Assembly (NCBI GenBank): GCA_038087875.1
Contig: CM076002.1
Span: 124,001 to 188,000 of the forward strand
Direction of reading: 5' to 3'
DNA from: Malacoraja senta
Lineage: Eukaryota
DNA: 64,000 nt
Positions 12,389-25,221 of this stretch are shown piece after piece. A model generated the notes under the pieces. That model made no database searches. It had not been told where the DNA came from and saw only the letters and a program-made list of their open reading frames with translations. Positions within the stretch are counted from its first letter, which is position 1. Each line of letters begins with the position of its first letter. A program made the translations under genes and the position numbers.

Positions 12389-14330
12389 CAGGGGTGGGGA
12401 ACCTACGGCCTTCTAGGTCATTAAGGGCGGCCTTTTGAATGAATCCAAATTTTGTAGAACAAATCCTTTTATTTGTATTAATATGTTTTTGTTCGTCTTT
12501 TATTATTTTTATTTAATCTTAAAATGAATATTTGAAATACCAAAGAGTAAAAGAAGTTTCAACAAAATAATCCTCCCCGACTGACGGCCACAATGAAAAT
12601 ATTAGTAAGTCACGAGGGCTATTTTAACACTTGTAATGCTGATGATTTAGTTCTAATGCGACTCTAGAATGTACGTTGACCTCCTTGCCTGACTGGCGCC
12701 ACCACCGCCTGAGGCTGGGTGACGAGAGGGAAAATGTCGGGGAGAATCCGCTGGCCGTCCAGTCTTCAGGCGCGAAAGGTTGCATTGCAGAAATTAAAAG
12801 ATGAAAAGCAAAGGCAAAGGCAGTTATTTCAAGGAGCGGTACGTCCCGGAAATAATGCTACTGAAGCGACTTACAAAGTAGCTTATATACTCAGGAAAAA
12901 AGGGAAGCCTTGTAGCGATGTAGAAATCGTAAAAGAATGCATTGTCGAAGTTGTAGGATGCTTAGACCCCGATACGGTTTCACAGTGCAAACAACTGCCT
13001 CTTTCAAGGAGAACTATAACTGATCGGCAGCATGAATTAGCCCTAACGTAACAGAACAACATCATGCAATACTCCAAAAGGAAAATATATATTATTCAAT
13101 CGCTTTGGATGAATCAACTGATACTACTGACTCGGAGTTATTCGCTTTGGGCACCCTTACAGGTAGAACACGAGGAATAGATTTCTTCAACAACTTTCAA
13201 GATAAATGTCGTGAAGTTGGACTGGATTTGGTTAATTTAGTGAGTGTATGTACAGACGTTGTGCACCTTCCGTGACAGGAAAACCTGAAGGGTTTATTGC
13301 ACAGATAGAAAAAGGTATCAGATCCAGATGCTCTCATTTCTTTTCATTGTATCTTACATCAGCAACATTTCTGTGCTAAATCTACTATTTTAAGTGACAC
13401 TTTGCAACATAGAAACATAGAAAATAGGTGCAGGAGTAGGCCATTCGGCCCTTTGAGCCTGCACCACCATTCAATATGATCATGGCTGATCATCCAACTC
13501 AGTATCCTGTACCTGCTTTCTCTCCATACCCCCTGATCCCTTTAGCCACAAGGGCCACATCTAACTCCCTCTTAAATCTAGCCAATGAACTGGCCTCAAC
13601 TACATCTGTGGCAGAGAATTCCAGAGATTCACCACTCTCTGTGTAAAAAATGTTTTTCTCATCTCAGTCCTAAAAGATTTCCCCTTTATCCTTAATCTGT
13701 GTCCCCTTGTTCTGGACTTCCCCAACATCGGGAACAATCTTCCTGCATCTAGCCTGTCCAACCCCTTAAGAATTTTGTAAGTTACTATAAGATCCCCCCT
13801 CAATCTTCTAAATTCTAGCGAGTACAAGCCAAGTCTATCCAGTCTTTCTTCATATGAAAGTCCTGACATCCCAGTCTGGTGAACCTTCTCTGTACTCCCT
13901 CAATGGCAAGAATGTCCTTCCTCAGATTAGGAGACCAAAACTGTACGCAATACTCCAGGTGTGGTCTCACCAAGACCCTGTACAACTGCAGTAGAACCTC
14001 CCTGCTCCTATACTCAAATCCTTTTGCAACAAGTCGTAAGTATTGTTATCTATATTTGTGCAAATGCAACATGGTATCGTCAGTTTTGTAAAACGCTAAA
14101 GTTGGACGATGAGGCATTCAGTGTGGATTTGCTGCATCATTGTAAAGTGCGTTGTCTATCGCAGGGACAGGTGTTAGCAAAATGTTTATCTTTGCGAGAA
14201 CAGATAGTTAAATTTCATGAAGAACAGAATCAGCAATGTGAATTATTGCAAGAAGATTTCTATAGAAATACTGCATTTCTGTGTGATATCATGTCAACGC
14301 AAAATTACTTGAATGTTTCTTTGCAAGGTC
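12389..14330 (+). mobile_element. Fossil hAT (Charlie/Buster-like) transposon with degraded transposase
   Basis: CAGGGGTGGGGAACC left TIR; PLSRRTI, SIALDESTD, FHCILHQ and VRCLSQG (cf. VRWLSRG) fragments. Confidence 0.8.
13410..14022 (-). mobile_element. 5'-truncated CR1 inserted in the hAT transposase
   Basis: CR1 RT C-terminus and tail. TTTGCAACA on both sides (13401-13409 / 14023-14031). Confidence 0.85.
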
Positions 14331-15159
14331 ATAGGATCAAAAGTGTTCGTTGAGTCATTTAATCATGGCTGATCTATCTTTCCCACTCAACCCCATTCTC
14401 TGCCTTCTCTCCATAACCCCTGACACACAGACTCATCAAGAATCTATCTATCTCTGCCATAAAAATATGCTTGACTTGGATTCCACAGCCTTCTGTGGCA
14501 ATGAATTCCACAGTTTGGGTGGGAGATAGTGATGGACTTCAGGAAGTGGTGTACAAACCCGTTTACATTGCCGGTGCTGAAGTAGAGATGGTTGAAAACG
14601 TCAAATTCCGAGGAGTTAATATCACCGACAACTTCTCCTGCACCACCCATACTGTAGCAATGTTACAAAATTTTGAGATTTTAAAAATCAAGTCTGTAAT
14701 TTATCCCATCAGATAAAGCATAAAAATACGTTTAATTTGACACCTAATTCACTTTCATATCTTCAGGATTAAAAAGTTATGGCCATTTTCATACTCGGAA
14801 ATTAGCATCTTGTTCCCTATTGCTTTTCCATTGACTTAACACAAAAGCTGTGATCGAGGACAGTTAAAAGCCCATAACTTTCTTAAAAATTAAGAGAACT
14901 GAAAGAAAATTTCAGTTATTATAGATTGAAGCATTCTGAAACAAATATGAAACAATCTTACTTGGATGACCAGAAATTAAAGCATATAATTAGTTAGTGA
15001 CCTAATTCTAGCTAATTACAAAATTCAATTACTAGATCTAAACATCTATCAATTTCTTGAGAATAGATTAACATTTTTAAATAGCCTAAGTGTCCAAATA
15101 ACATTCACACAAGAATTCACATATAACATAATTTTAAAATCTCATTGTCATGGATTAAA

Positions 15160-15778
15160 AGGCCTGCCGCACGAGTCTGCGGTCATTGGCGGCGAAACAG
15201 GGACTATCTACTGCTCCTGGGCCGCCAGAGACCGCGGGCTCGGTCAAACGCACAATTCCGGGGCCGTGCGGCGTTGTTCCCAACACCGGACGGTGCTAAA
15301 ATAAAACCAACACTGTTCAAAAATATGTTCCTACCGCACAGCCGCCACCAGTGATGCACGAGTGCGGCACAGCCGCCGCCACAGCCGCCGCCAGTGTGGC
15401 ACGAGCGCCGTGAGTAGAACCTTCACCGTCACAGCCTCCGCCAGTGAGGCACGTGTGCGGCACGGCCGCCGCCACAGCGCCGCGATCAGCACGGCCGCCG
15501 CCACAGCCGCCGCCACAGCGCCGCGATCAGCACTGCAGCCGCCACAGCCCCGCAGATCCGAAATGACGTAATCGCAGTCGGCCCGCCCTTTTTTTTTTAC
15601 TTACGCAAGCTCGTGTGACCAACCGTACTTAAATCACTCGGCCCCCGCGCAGCATCCGTGCGGCGCTCCCGTGGCATAGGCTCGGCGCTCTCGCCGTTGC
15701 CGTGCGGTCCCCTCTACCGGCGACGCCGCGCTTCACCGCGCTTCACCGCCGATGACCGCAACACGTGAGACAGAGCCT
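15160..15778. mobile_element. Harbinger-like MITE (related partial copy at 57974-58205)
   Basis: ~40-bp imperfect TIRs AGGC(T)CTGxCxCACG...TGCGGTCATxGGCGG. TTA at the right flank. GC-rich internal CAGCCGCCGCCA repeats. Confidence 0.55.
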
Positions 15779-16309
15779 TTACAGGCCAAATGGAAGGAAT
15801 TTAATGTTTAATACCTGTAAATTAATGGGCATTTAAATCATCTTGCGAGTGGTTTTCTGGAATGCGATCATTTGGAACGTTGATTTGCGTTGAATTTAAC
15901 CCCCGTATCGGCATGAAAAATTCTGCCGTTCGGGGGAAAAGAATCACCTTTTCGCATTTAAAAATGTGAATTAAAGGCCTCTTAAGAAGCACTTTTATAC
16001 ATAAAATAAACTACTTTCGTTTACCTGTCCCGTGCGTGAAATCCGTCCCCGTTGTCGGCGTTGACGGCTTTCGAAGCTGATTTTAAAATAATTCCAGCGC
16101 TGAACTTGTCGATCGAATAAAAATAAAAAATACACAAAACGCCCGTCGGAAAGATTTTTCAGCAAAAGCTGGCACTCCAATGAAATATAATCCAGGACAA
16201 GGTAGGAGAAACCCGCGTTTTAACCCCACCCCCCTCATATGTGCCAATATCGCGCACACGGTCAGTGGCAGAATTGCAGCGCCGCTGAAGGTAAGTATTA
16301 TAACAACCT

Positions 16310-17700
16310 ACATACTGAAGCAACGATCAAGAAAGCACACCAACGCCTCTACTTCCTTAGAAGGCCTAGTTCAGCATGCCCCCTACAACTCTCACCAACT
16401 TCTACAGATGCACCGTAGAAAGCATTTTATCAGAATGCATCACAGCTTCGTTTGGGAACAGCTCCATCCAACACCGCAAGAAATTGCAACGAATTGTGGA
16501 CGCAGCCCAGACCATCACACAAACCAACCTCCCTTCCATTGACTCCATTTATACCTCACGCTGCCTCAGAAAGGCGCCGTCCTGTACGGGTATGGCTGCC
16601 CAGCCTGCAGCTGTACGTTTTTTCTCTTTTTTTAATTTTTAGTTAGTTGAGTTTTTTGTTTTCGGAGTTCTAGCCTTTTTGATGCGGGGGTGGGGGGAAG
16701 GGGGAAACTGCTTTCTAGGGTCCCTACCTGGTCGGAGAGGCGGCTTTTCTCCGGGCTGCACCGTCGACCCATCCTCGCGGCCTACCAGCGGGTCTGGAGC
16801 GGCGTTTCCTGAGGGGACCGCCCAGTACCTCGGCTTCGGCGGCGGCGCAGCGCTGGAGCGCTATCGCAGAGCGGAGCGGGCGATGCCTTGCCCGGGTCGC
16901 CGCGCTGGAACTCCGGTGAGCTGGAGACTGCCGATGAAACATCGCGGAGCTGCGGGTCTGTGGAACGGCCAGCTGCTGGCGGCGGCGCTGACTTTAACAT
17001 CAGGAGCCTGGGATCTCTCGCCAAGATCGCCAGTTGTGGAGCTCCATCCAACGCGGCCTGTTGGCTTCGGAAGCCGTGACCGTTCCAGGCACCCCGAGCC
17101 GCTGAGAGAGTGCTCCCGATGCCGGAGCACCATCATCCGGCGAAGAAGGGCCTGTAACATGGGGACTGGACTCTGTGCCTTCCCTCATAATGGAAACTAT
17201 TGTAGGGGGGTGTTTTTTATGTTTATTGTTAAATTCTTTAATGTTGTGTTATCTTTATCTGTGTGCTGCATGGCAAGACAAATTTCACTACACCAATTGG
17301 TGTATGTGATAATAAATGCCCTTTGTCCTTTGTCCTTTGTAGTATAATCAAGGACCATTCGCATTTTGGGAACACCCTCTTGTCCCCTCTCCCATCGGGC
17401 AAAAGGTATAGAAATGTGAAAACGCACACCTCCAGATTCAGGGACAGTTTCTTCCCAGCTCTTATCAGGCAACTGATACATCCTCTCACAAACTAGAATG
17501 TGGTCCTGACCTCCCATCTACCTCATTGGAGACCCTTGGACAGACTTTACTGGACTGTATCTTGCAATACATGTTATTCCCTTTATCCTGTATCTGTACA
17601 CTGTGGACAGCTTGATTATAGTCATGTATAGTCTTTTTCATGGATAGCACACAACAAGAAAGCATTTGACTGTACCTCGACACAAGTGACATTAATAAAC
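16310..17700 (+). mobile_element. Rex1/Babar-like LINE 3' fragment split by a ~770-bp retroposon (~16572-17340)
   Basis: FYRCTVESIL...LPSIDSIYTSRCLRKA | SIIKDHSH...PLPSGKRYR...RFRDSFFP. The insert ends AATAAA + (CCTTTGT)n. Confidence 0.7.
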
Positions 17701-17985
17701 TAAATGAATCAATTATTGTCACGTGTATCGAAGTCCATAACTCTCTGAAAGTGGCAGTACAAGTAGATATGATAGACTGTTAAAAGCTGTACAAGTAGAT
17801 CAGGGTGGCGGTGGGGATTGGGGTGGGGGTGGAGATTGGGGTGCGGGTGGGGATGGGGATTGGGGTGGGGATCGGGGTGAGGGTGGGGATCGGGGTGGGG
17901 TGGGGGTGGGGGTGGGGGTCGAGGTGGGGGGGGGGGGGTATTTCTCCCTGGGTACAAGGCTGGCGAGTTGGACGTTGGTGACCAG

Positions 17986-18596
17986 AGATTTGAGTATAGG
18001 AGCAGGGAGGTTCTACTGCAGTTGTATAGGGTCTTGGTGAGACCACACCTGGAGTATTGTGTACAGTTTTGGTCTCCTAATCTGAGGAAGGACATTCTTG
18101 CCATAGAGGGAGTACAGAGATGGTTCACGAGACTGATTCCTGGGATGTCAGGACTTTCATATGAAGAAAGGCTGGATAGACTCGGCTTGTACTCGCTAGA
18201 ATGTAGAAGATTGAGGGGGGATCTTATAGAAACTTACAAAATTCTTAAGTGGTTGGACAGGCTAGATGCAGGAAGATTATTCCCGATGTTGGGGAAGGCC
18301 AGAACAAGGGGTCACAGTTTAAGGATAAGGGGGAAATCTTTTAGGACTGAGATGAGAAAAACATTTTTCACACAGAGAGTGGTGAATCTCTGGAATTCTC
18401 TCCCACAGAAGGTAGTTGAGGCCAGTTCATTGGCTATATTTAAAAGGGAGTTAGATGTGGCCCTTGTGGCTAAAGGGATCAGGGCGTATGGAGAGAAAGC
18501 AGGTACAGGATACTGAGTTGGATGATCAGCCATGATCATATTGAATGGCGGTGCAGGATCGAAGGGCCGAATGGCTTACTCCTGCACCTATTTTCT
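17986..18596 (+). mobile_element. 5'-truncated CR1 (tail displaced to ~20582-20600 by L1 insertion)
   Basis: [10 protein letters not shown]...GYGEKAGTGY-type CR1 C-terminus. Absent from the paralogous site near 63530. Confidence 0.9.
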
Positions 18597-20439
18597 TTTT
18601 GAAAATAGTTTTTATTGGAGATAAGTACACAACCTATTTACATCATTACAGTCTTACATTTTTAAATTGATAATATTGTCAATTATTATTACATTGTCTC
18701 CAATACCTTTTGCCTTTTTTTTTAATTTTTAAACTAAATAGAACTAAAGAGATAGATGAAGTAAAGAAAGAAAAGAAAGAGAAGAAAAACAACAACAAAA
18801 ACCCCAAAAACAAACAACAAAAAAAAAACAAAAAAAAAAGGAAAAAGATAGTTAAAGAAGAATGGAAAAATTTATTAAAATAAAAACTTCATTCGAGATA
18901 TATTCGTACATTTCTAAGTATAGCATTTCATCCATTCTTTAACCCGAGTGCTAGTCAGGTTCCTGTGCTGAACTATTCTGACCCTTTAAGTAATCAATAA
19001 AAGGAGACCATGTTCCAACGAATAATTCCTGTTTGTCCAACAGGGAGAATCTGATTCTTTCCACGTTTAAGGTCTCCGTCATTTCTATAATCCACATTTT
19101 GATTGTGGGGGTCGTAGGGCCTTTCCAAAATTTTAGAATTAATTTTTTTCCTGTTATTAAACTATAATCAATAAAGTTTCTTTGTGTTGTTCTAAATGTT
19201 TGATTTAATTCTAATATTCCAAGTATTATTAATTTTGGATCTGGGGTCCAATTGTGTGCTGGTTATTTTAGATATTATACTGAAAATATTTACCCAGAAT
19301 TTTTTAATTTTTATACAGTTTGCAAACATATGAGATAAGGTAGCTTCTAAATGTTGACATTTATCACATATAGGTGAGATATGTTGAAAGATTTTATGTA
19401 GTTTTGTTTTTGAATAATGTAACCTATGTATTACTTTAAATTGTATTAGAGAATGTCTGGCGTTTAATGAACATTGATGTATGTGTTGCAACTTTCTTCC
19501 CAAGTATCTTTCGTTATTATTTGATTTAATTCTTTTTCCCATGTTTGTCTGTGTAAGTCCGTCGATGGAATGTCACTGTCTAATAAGATATTATATATAT
19601 AAGATATTAATTTTTCTGTATTAGGATGTTTGTTCCAACATTCATCAAGAATTTCTGAATTTCTAATTCGAAAATTTTGAGTATTCGATTTTACATAATC
19701 TCTAAGTTGAAGATATCTGAAATAATCATTTCCTCGAAGTCCATAAGTCTGTTGCAACTCCTGAAATGTCAGAAAAGTGCCTTCCTTGTAAAGTTGTCCC
19801 ATATTTTTAATTCCATAATTCTTCCATTGTGTAAAACCCCCGTCCAACCATGAAGGCTTAAACAAAGGGTTATTCACAATTGGAAGAAAAAGTGATAAAT
19901 TATCTAATTTTAATGTCTTTTTTAATTGTTTCCAAATTCGTAAAGCACTAAATATTATAGGGTTTTCCCTATACATTTTTTTGTTTAATTTAGACGTAGC
20001 AAATAATATCAAACCGATATCAAAAGGTAAACAATCTTCCTTTTCCATTTTTAACCAGTCTGGTTGATGATCTATTTCTTCCAACCAGAAATTCATATTT
20101 TTAATATTAACTGCCCAGAAATAAAACAAAAAGTTGGGTAAAACCAAGCCTCCATTTATTTTTGATTTACACAAATGTCTTTTGTTTATCCTATGATTCT
20201 TATAATCCCAGATAAAATCATTAACAATAGTGTCCAGTTTTTTAAAAAAGTTTTTTGCCAGATATATCGGAATTGTCTGAAAAAGGTATAATATTTGTGG
20301 TAAAAAAAACATTTTTATGGCATTAATTTTGCCAACCATTGAGATAGGAAGTGTTTTCCAGTATTGAATATTCTTATGTAGTTTACTCAGTAATGGTGGA
20401 AACTTTGCTTTAAATAATGATGTATATATCTTAGTTACA
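18597..20439 (-). mobile_element. 5'-truncated L1-clade LINE (ORF2 C-terminal half + 3' UTR)
   Basis: LPISMVGKINAIKM, FIWD, GGLVLPNF and CDKC...HMFANC CCHC motif. AATAAA + A-tail at the left end. TSD TATTTTCT. Confidence 0.85.
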
Positions 20440-20813
20440 GTCACAGTTTAAGGATAAAAGGGGAAATCTTTTAGGACTGAGATGAGAAAAACATTTTTCA
20501 CACAGAGAGTGGTGAATCTCTGGAATTCTCTCCCACAGAAGGTAGTTGAGGCCAGTTCATTGGCTATATTTAAAAGGGAGTTATTTTCTATGTTTCTATG
20601 TTGTGTATGCCCACAGATCATGGGGGTGAGGAGCGGCGTGGGTGGAGGTGGCGATCGGGGTGGCACATTGACCCTCCGATACCAGAGGTGTTACAGTATG
20701 TGTTCCCAGAGATCGGGGTGGGAGTCAGGGGGGATGGGGATCTGGGTGGGGGGGGGGGGGGTTCAAGGCTGGTGCGTTGACCTTTGGTGACCATGGGTGT
20801 TGTGTGTGCCCAG

Positions 20814-21053
20814 GGATTGGGCTCCACATCGCCCAGGACCTTGCCCGCAGGAGGGCGCGGGTGATCCTGGCGTGCCGCAGCGAGGAGCGGGGACAGAGAG
20901 CCGAGCGTGAGATCCGTCGCTGCACGGGGAACGGGCAGGTCCACTTCCGCCTGCTGGACACCAGCTCCATGCGGTCAGTGCGGGCATTCGCCCAGCGGGT
21001 CAGAGAGGAGGAGCAGAGGCTGGACATCCTGGTCAACAACGCGGCTGCCTCCG
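20814..21053 (+). CDS. RDH11/12-like SDR, exon 2
   Basis: CCCAG| acceptor. Completes TGANTGIG, then LHIAQDLARRRARVILACRS...RLDILVNNAAAS. Donor G|GTAACC. 240 nt, phase 1-1. Confidence 0.9.
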
Positions 21054-21436
21054 GTAACCGCACACCCCTCCCCGGCACACACTGCGGGGTGAGGGGCAGG
21101 AGAGTGGTTGAGGGAAGGAAAGGGTGGGGAAGGTTCTGAGGCAGGGGAGAGAGGGGCTGAGAGAGGGGAAGGAGGAGGAGGGATGGCATTTTGGGAGGTG
21201 GTGGGGCAAGGGAGTGATGGGGCAGGGGTGAGGAAGTGGGACAGGAATGGGTCGGAGAGCATGGGGAGAGTGCAGTGGAGGGGATGCCTCGGGGGGTGAG
21301 GGGGAGAGGATGCCAAAGGTGGGGGGAGGTGATATCGGGGGGGATGAGGGGGAGGGAATGCTTTGGGGGGGGGGGGTGGGGTGGCAGGGGATGGGATGCC
21401 GGGCGGGTCACTGACTCAGTGCCGTGTCACCACCAG

Positions 21437-21526
21437 GCCTGCTGCCAGCGGTCACTGCTGAGGGTCTGGAGCTGACCATCGCCACCAACTACCTGGGCCC
21501 CTTCCTGCTGACCAACCTGCTGTTGG
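21437..21526 (+). CDS. RDH11/12-like SDR, exon 3
   Basis: CACCAG| acceptor. GLLPAVTAEGLELTIATNYLGPFLLTNLLL, a typical RDH11/12-family helix. Donor G|GTGAGT. 90 nt. Confidence 0.9.
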
Positions 21527-22294
21527 GTGAGTAACCCCCCCCCCCGTCACTGACCACCCCATTACACCCCTGTCACTGACCGCCCCGTCACCCCCTCCTC
21601 CCCAGTCGGGACACTGTGGTGGGGGTGATGGTGATAAAGCTAGAAGAGAGGAGGGCAGGACAAAGCAGCGAGTGATGGGTGGACACAGGTGGGAAGGGGG
21701 TCAGCGGATGGGTGGACACTGGCCAGAGTGGAAAGAGACAAACTGAGCAGAGGCGTGAATTGTGAAGCCAGAGGAAGGGAAGTAGGTGGATGTGGGGTGG
21801 AATGTGGAGGTGTGTTGTTGGCTAGTATAACTAGTCCATGATACAGCACGGAAACAGGCCCTTCAGCCCAATTTACCCACACCGGCCAACATGCTTCACC
21901 TACACTAGTCCCCCCTGCCTGCGTTTGGCCCATATCCCTCTAAACCTGTGCTATCCATATATGTACCTGTCCAAATGCCCTTTAAATGTTGTTGTGTGAA
22001 AATGCACACCTTCAGATTCAGGGACCATCAACCCATCCTATCACCAATTAGAGAGCGGCCCTGATCTCCCAGCTACCTCATTGGAGACCCTCGGACTATC
22101 TTTAATCGGACTTTATCTTGCACTAAATGTTATACCCTTAACCCTGTATCTGTTCACTGTGGACAGCTTGATTGTGATCATTTATTGTCTTTCCACTGAC
22201 TGGATAGCATGCAACAAAAAGCTTTTTGCTGTACCTCGGTACATGTGACAATAAACTAAACAATGAATAATAAATCTCCCCCTCTGGCGGGCAG

Positions 22295-22483
22295 ACCTAG
22301 TGAAGACCCCGGCAGCTCGGATCATCAACGTGTCCTCCATGAACCACCGGCGAGGGGAGGTAAATCTGCGGCAGATGCGGGGCGAGGACGTGGGCACTGC
22401 CCGCAATGACCAGCTCTACAACAACACCAAGCTGATGAACATGCTCTTCACCCACGAGCTGGCCGCCCGGCTCCGTCACACCG
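22295..22483 (+). CDS. RDH11/12-like SDR, exon 4 (catalytic S and YxxxK)
   Basis: GCAG| acceptor. DLVKTPAARIINVSS...LYNNTKLMNMLFTHELAARLRHT-G. Donor G|GTACAA. 189 nt. Confidence 0.9.
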
Positions 22484-23356
22484 GTACAACCAGGGATGGG
22501 GAATGGAGTGGGGGCCGGGTCATGGGGGTCGGGGTCATGGGGCAGCGGGCAGGATCACGGGGTGGGTGGAGGGCATGGCCACAGGGTTAGCGGGCAGCGG
22601 TGGGGAGCAGGGTCACGGGGCAGGGGGCACAAGGTGCGGGGGTTAGGGGGCGGGGGTCAGGGGGCACAAGGGGCAGGGGTTATGGGATACAAGGGGCGGG
22701 GTCAGGATGGGGTTGGTGGCAGTCCATGGATTTCAGTCGGGGAATGTCCCCATGGTGGGCTGTTCCAGATCAAGATGCACAGGATTAAAAATGACTTGGT
22801 CGCATGGATTCAGAACTGGCTTACTGATAGAAGACAGATGGTTGTGGTGGAAGAACAATATTCAGGCTGGAGGTCTGTGGCCAGTGGAGTCACTCAGGGA
22901 TCTGCAGTGGGACCTTCACTGTTTGCAGTACATATAAATAACTTGGATGTAAATGTCGATGGGTTGATTGGTAAGTTTGCAGATGTCACCAGGATTGCTG
23001 GGCTCGCAGATCTTGGTGTTATCTGCAAACTTACGCACCAACCCGAATACATTTGCAATCAACTTATTGATATATGGCAAACAGCAGAGGTCCCAGCACA
23101 GTGCAAAGTACAATGTACAAAGCCACGCTGACTCTGTAGTTAACCCATTCTCTTCCAAATGGGAGTAAATCCCATCCTGCAGAGTGCTCTCCAATAGTTT
23201 CCCAACCACTGGTGTGAGGCTCACAGCCTATAATCCCTGGGATTCTCCCTACTTTCCTAAATAACTGAACAACATTGGCCAGTCTCCAATCCTCCAGGAT
23301 CTTGCCTCTAGTTCGAGATGACACAAAGATCTTTGTCAAGCCTCCCGAAAACTCCT

Positions 23357-24720
23357 AGAAACAGAAAATAGGTGCAGGAGTAGGCCATTCGGCCCTTTGA
23401 GCCAGCACCATTATTCAATATGATCATGGCTGATCATTCAGCACCCTGTCCCTGCTTTTCCCTATAGCCCATAATTCATTTAGCCCTGAGAGCTAAATCG
23501 CTCTCTCTTGAAAACATCCAGTGAATTGGCCTCCACTGCCTTTTGAAGCAGAGAATTCCACAAATTCACAACTCTCTGGGTGAAGACGTTTCTCCTCATC
23601 TCAGTCCTAAACGGTCTACCCCTTATTCTTAAACTGTGACCCCTGGTTCTGGACTCCCCCAACATCGGAAATTTTTTTCCTGCATCTAGTCTGTCCAATC
23701 CCTTAAGAATTTTATATGCTTCTATAAGAACCCATCTCATCCTAAATTCCAGTGAATACAAGCCCAGTCGACCCATTCTTTCATCATTTGTCAGTCCCAC
23801 CATCCCGGGAATTACCTGGTGAACCTACGCTGCATCCCCCAATAGCAATAATGCCCTTCCTCAAATTAGGTGACCAAAATTGCACACAATACTCCAGGTG
23901 CGATTTCACATGGGCCCTGCACAACTGCAGTAGGACCTCCTTGCTCCTAAACTCAAATCCTCTCGCTATGAAAGCCAACATGCCATTAGCTTTCTTCATT
24001 GCCTGCTGTACCTGCATGTACAAGGACACTCAGGTCTTGTTGTACCTCCCCTTTTCCTAAACTGACACCATTCAGATAATAATCTGATTTCTTGTTCTTG
24101 CCACCAAAGAGGATAACCTCATATTTATCCGCATTATATTGCAACTGCCATGCATCTGTCCACTCACTCAACCTATCCAACTCACCCTGCAGCCTCATAG
24201 CATCTTAATCGCTCACACTGCCACCCAGCTTTGTGTCAATCACAAACTTGGAGATGTCACATTTAATTCCCTCGTCTAAATCGTTAATATATATTGTAAA
24301 TAACTGGGGTCCCAGCACCGAACCATGCGGCACCCCACTAGTCACTGCCTGCCATTCTGAAAAGGACCCGTTAATTGCTACTCTTTGCTTTATGTCTGCC
24401 CACCAGTTCTCTATCCATGTCAATAACCTACCCCGAATACTATGTGCTCTAATTTTGCCCACTAATCTCTTGTGTGGGACCTTGTCAAAGGCTTTTTGAA
24501 AGTCCAGATACACCACATCCACTGACTCTCCCTTATCCATTCTACTTGTTACATCCTCAACAAAATCCAGAAGATTAGGCAAGCATGATTTCCCCTTCAT
24601 AAATCCATGCTGACCTTTGATCGATCCTGTCACTGCTTTCCAAATGCGCTGCTATAACATCTTTAATAATCGACTCAAGCATCTTACCCACTACCAATGT
24701 TAGCCTAACTGGTCTATAAT
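23357..24720 (-). mobile_element. CR1 RT fragment, nested in an older CR1 and interrupted by DIRS
   Basis: QHGF, DFQKAFD, GVPHGSVLGP. Continues briefly at ~29599. Uninterrupted paralogue at ~58800-60170. Confidence 0.85.
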
Positions 24721-25221
24721 GGTAAGATTAAACGAGAACTTACCAGTTTGAAGTTTGATCTGTATTTTATGAGGAGTTACGATGAGGGATTACGTGAAGA
24801 ACCCGTCCAGCACGCATGCGCGACGTACTTCAAAGCAGCGGTGTGGAATCACAGGAAACACAATAATTGAAATAAACATAGTAAAGAAAAGGAGAACTGA
24901 GATACCAGTTGATCTCTATAATTGAGGGTGGGAGCGGAGGGCACGTAATCCCTCATCGTAACTCCTCATAAAATACAGATCAAACTTCAAACTGGTAAGT
25001 TCTCGTTTAATATTACTATTGTACTTCGGAGTCACGTGAGTGACTACGTGAAGATTTTAAAGCTCTGTGATTTCAAACCGTGTAACAGTTCATGCTTCAC
25101 TCGCTGCCGAAGTCATTCAAGGGAGGAAGTATGTTATCGTAATCAACCATGAATCTGTTTGTAAACAATAATGGTATCTATTAAACAATAACAAAAGAAA
25201 AATGCTCCCCCCGGGCTTAAA

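Noticed and set aside
14651..16290. AT-rich segment resembling a dispersed DNA-transposon-type repeat
   Set aside because: Termini and class could not be established from this window.
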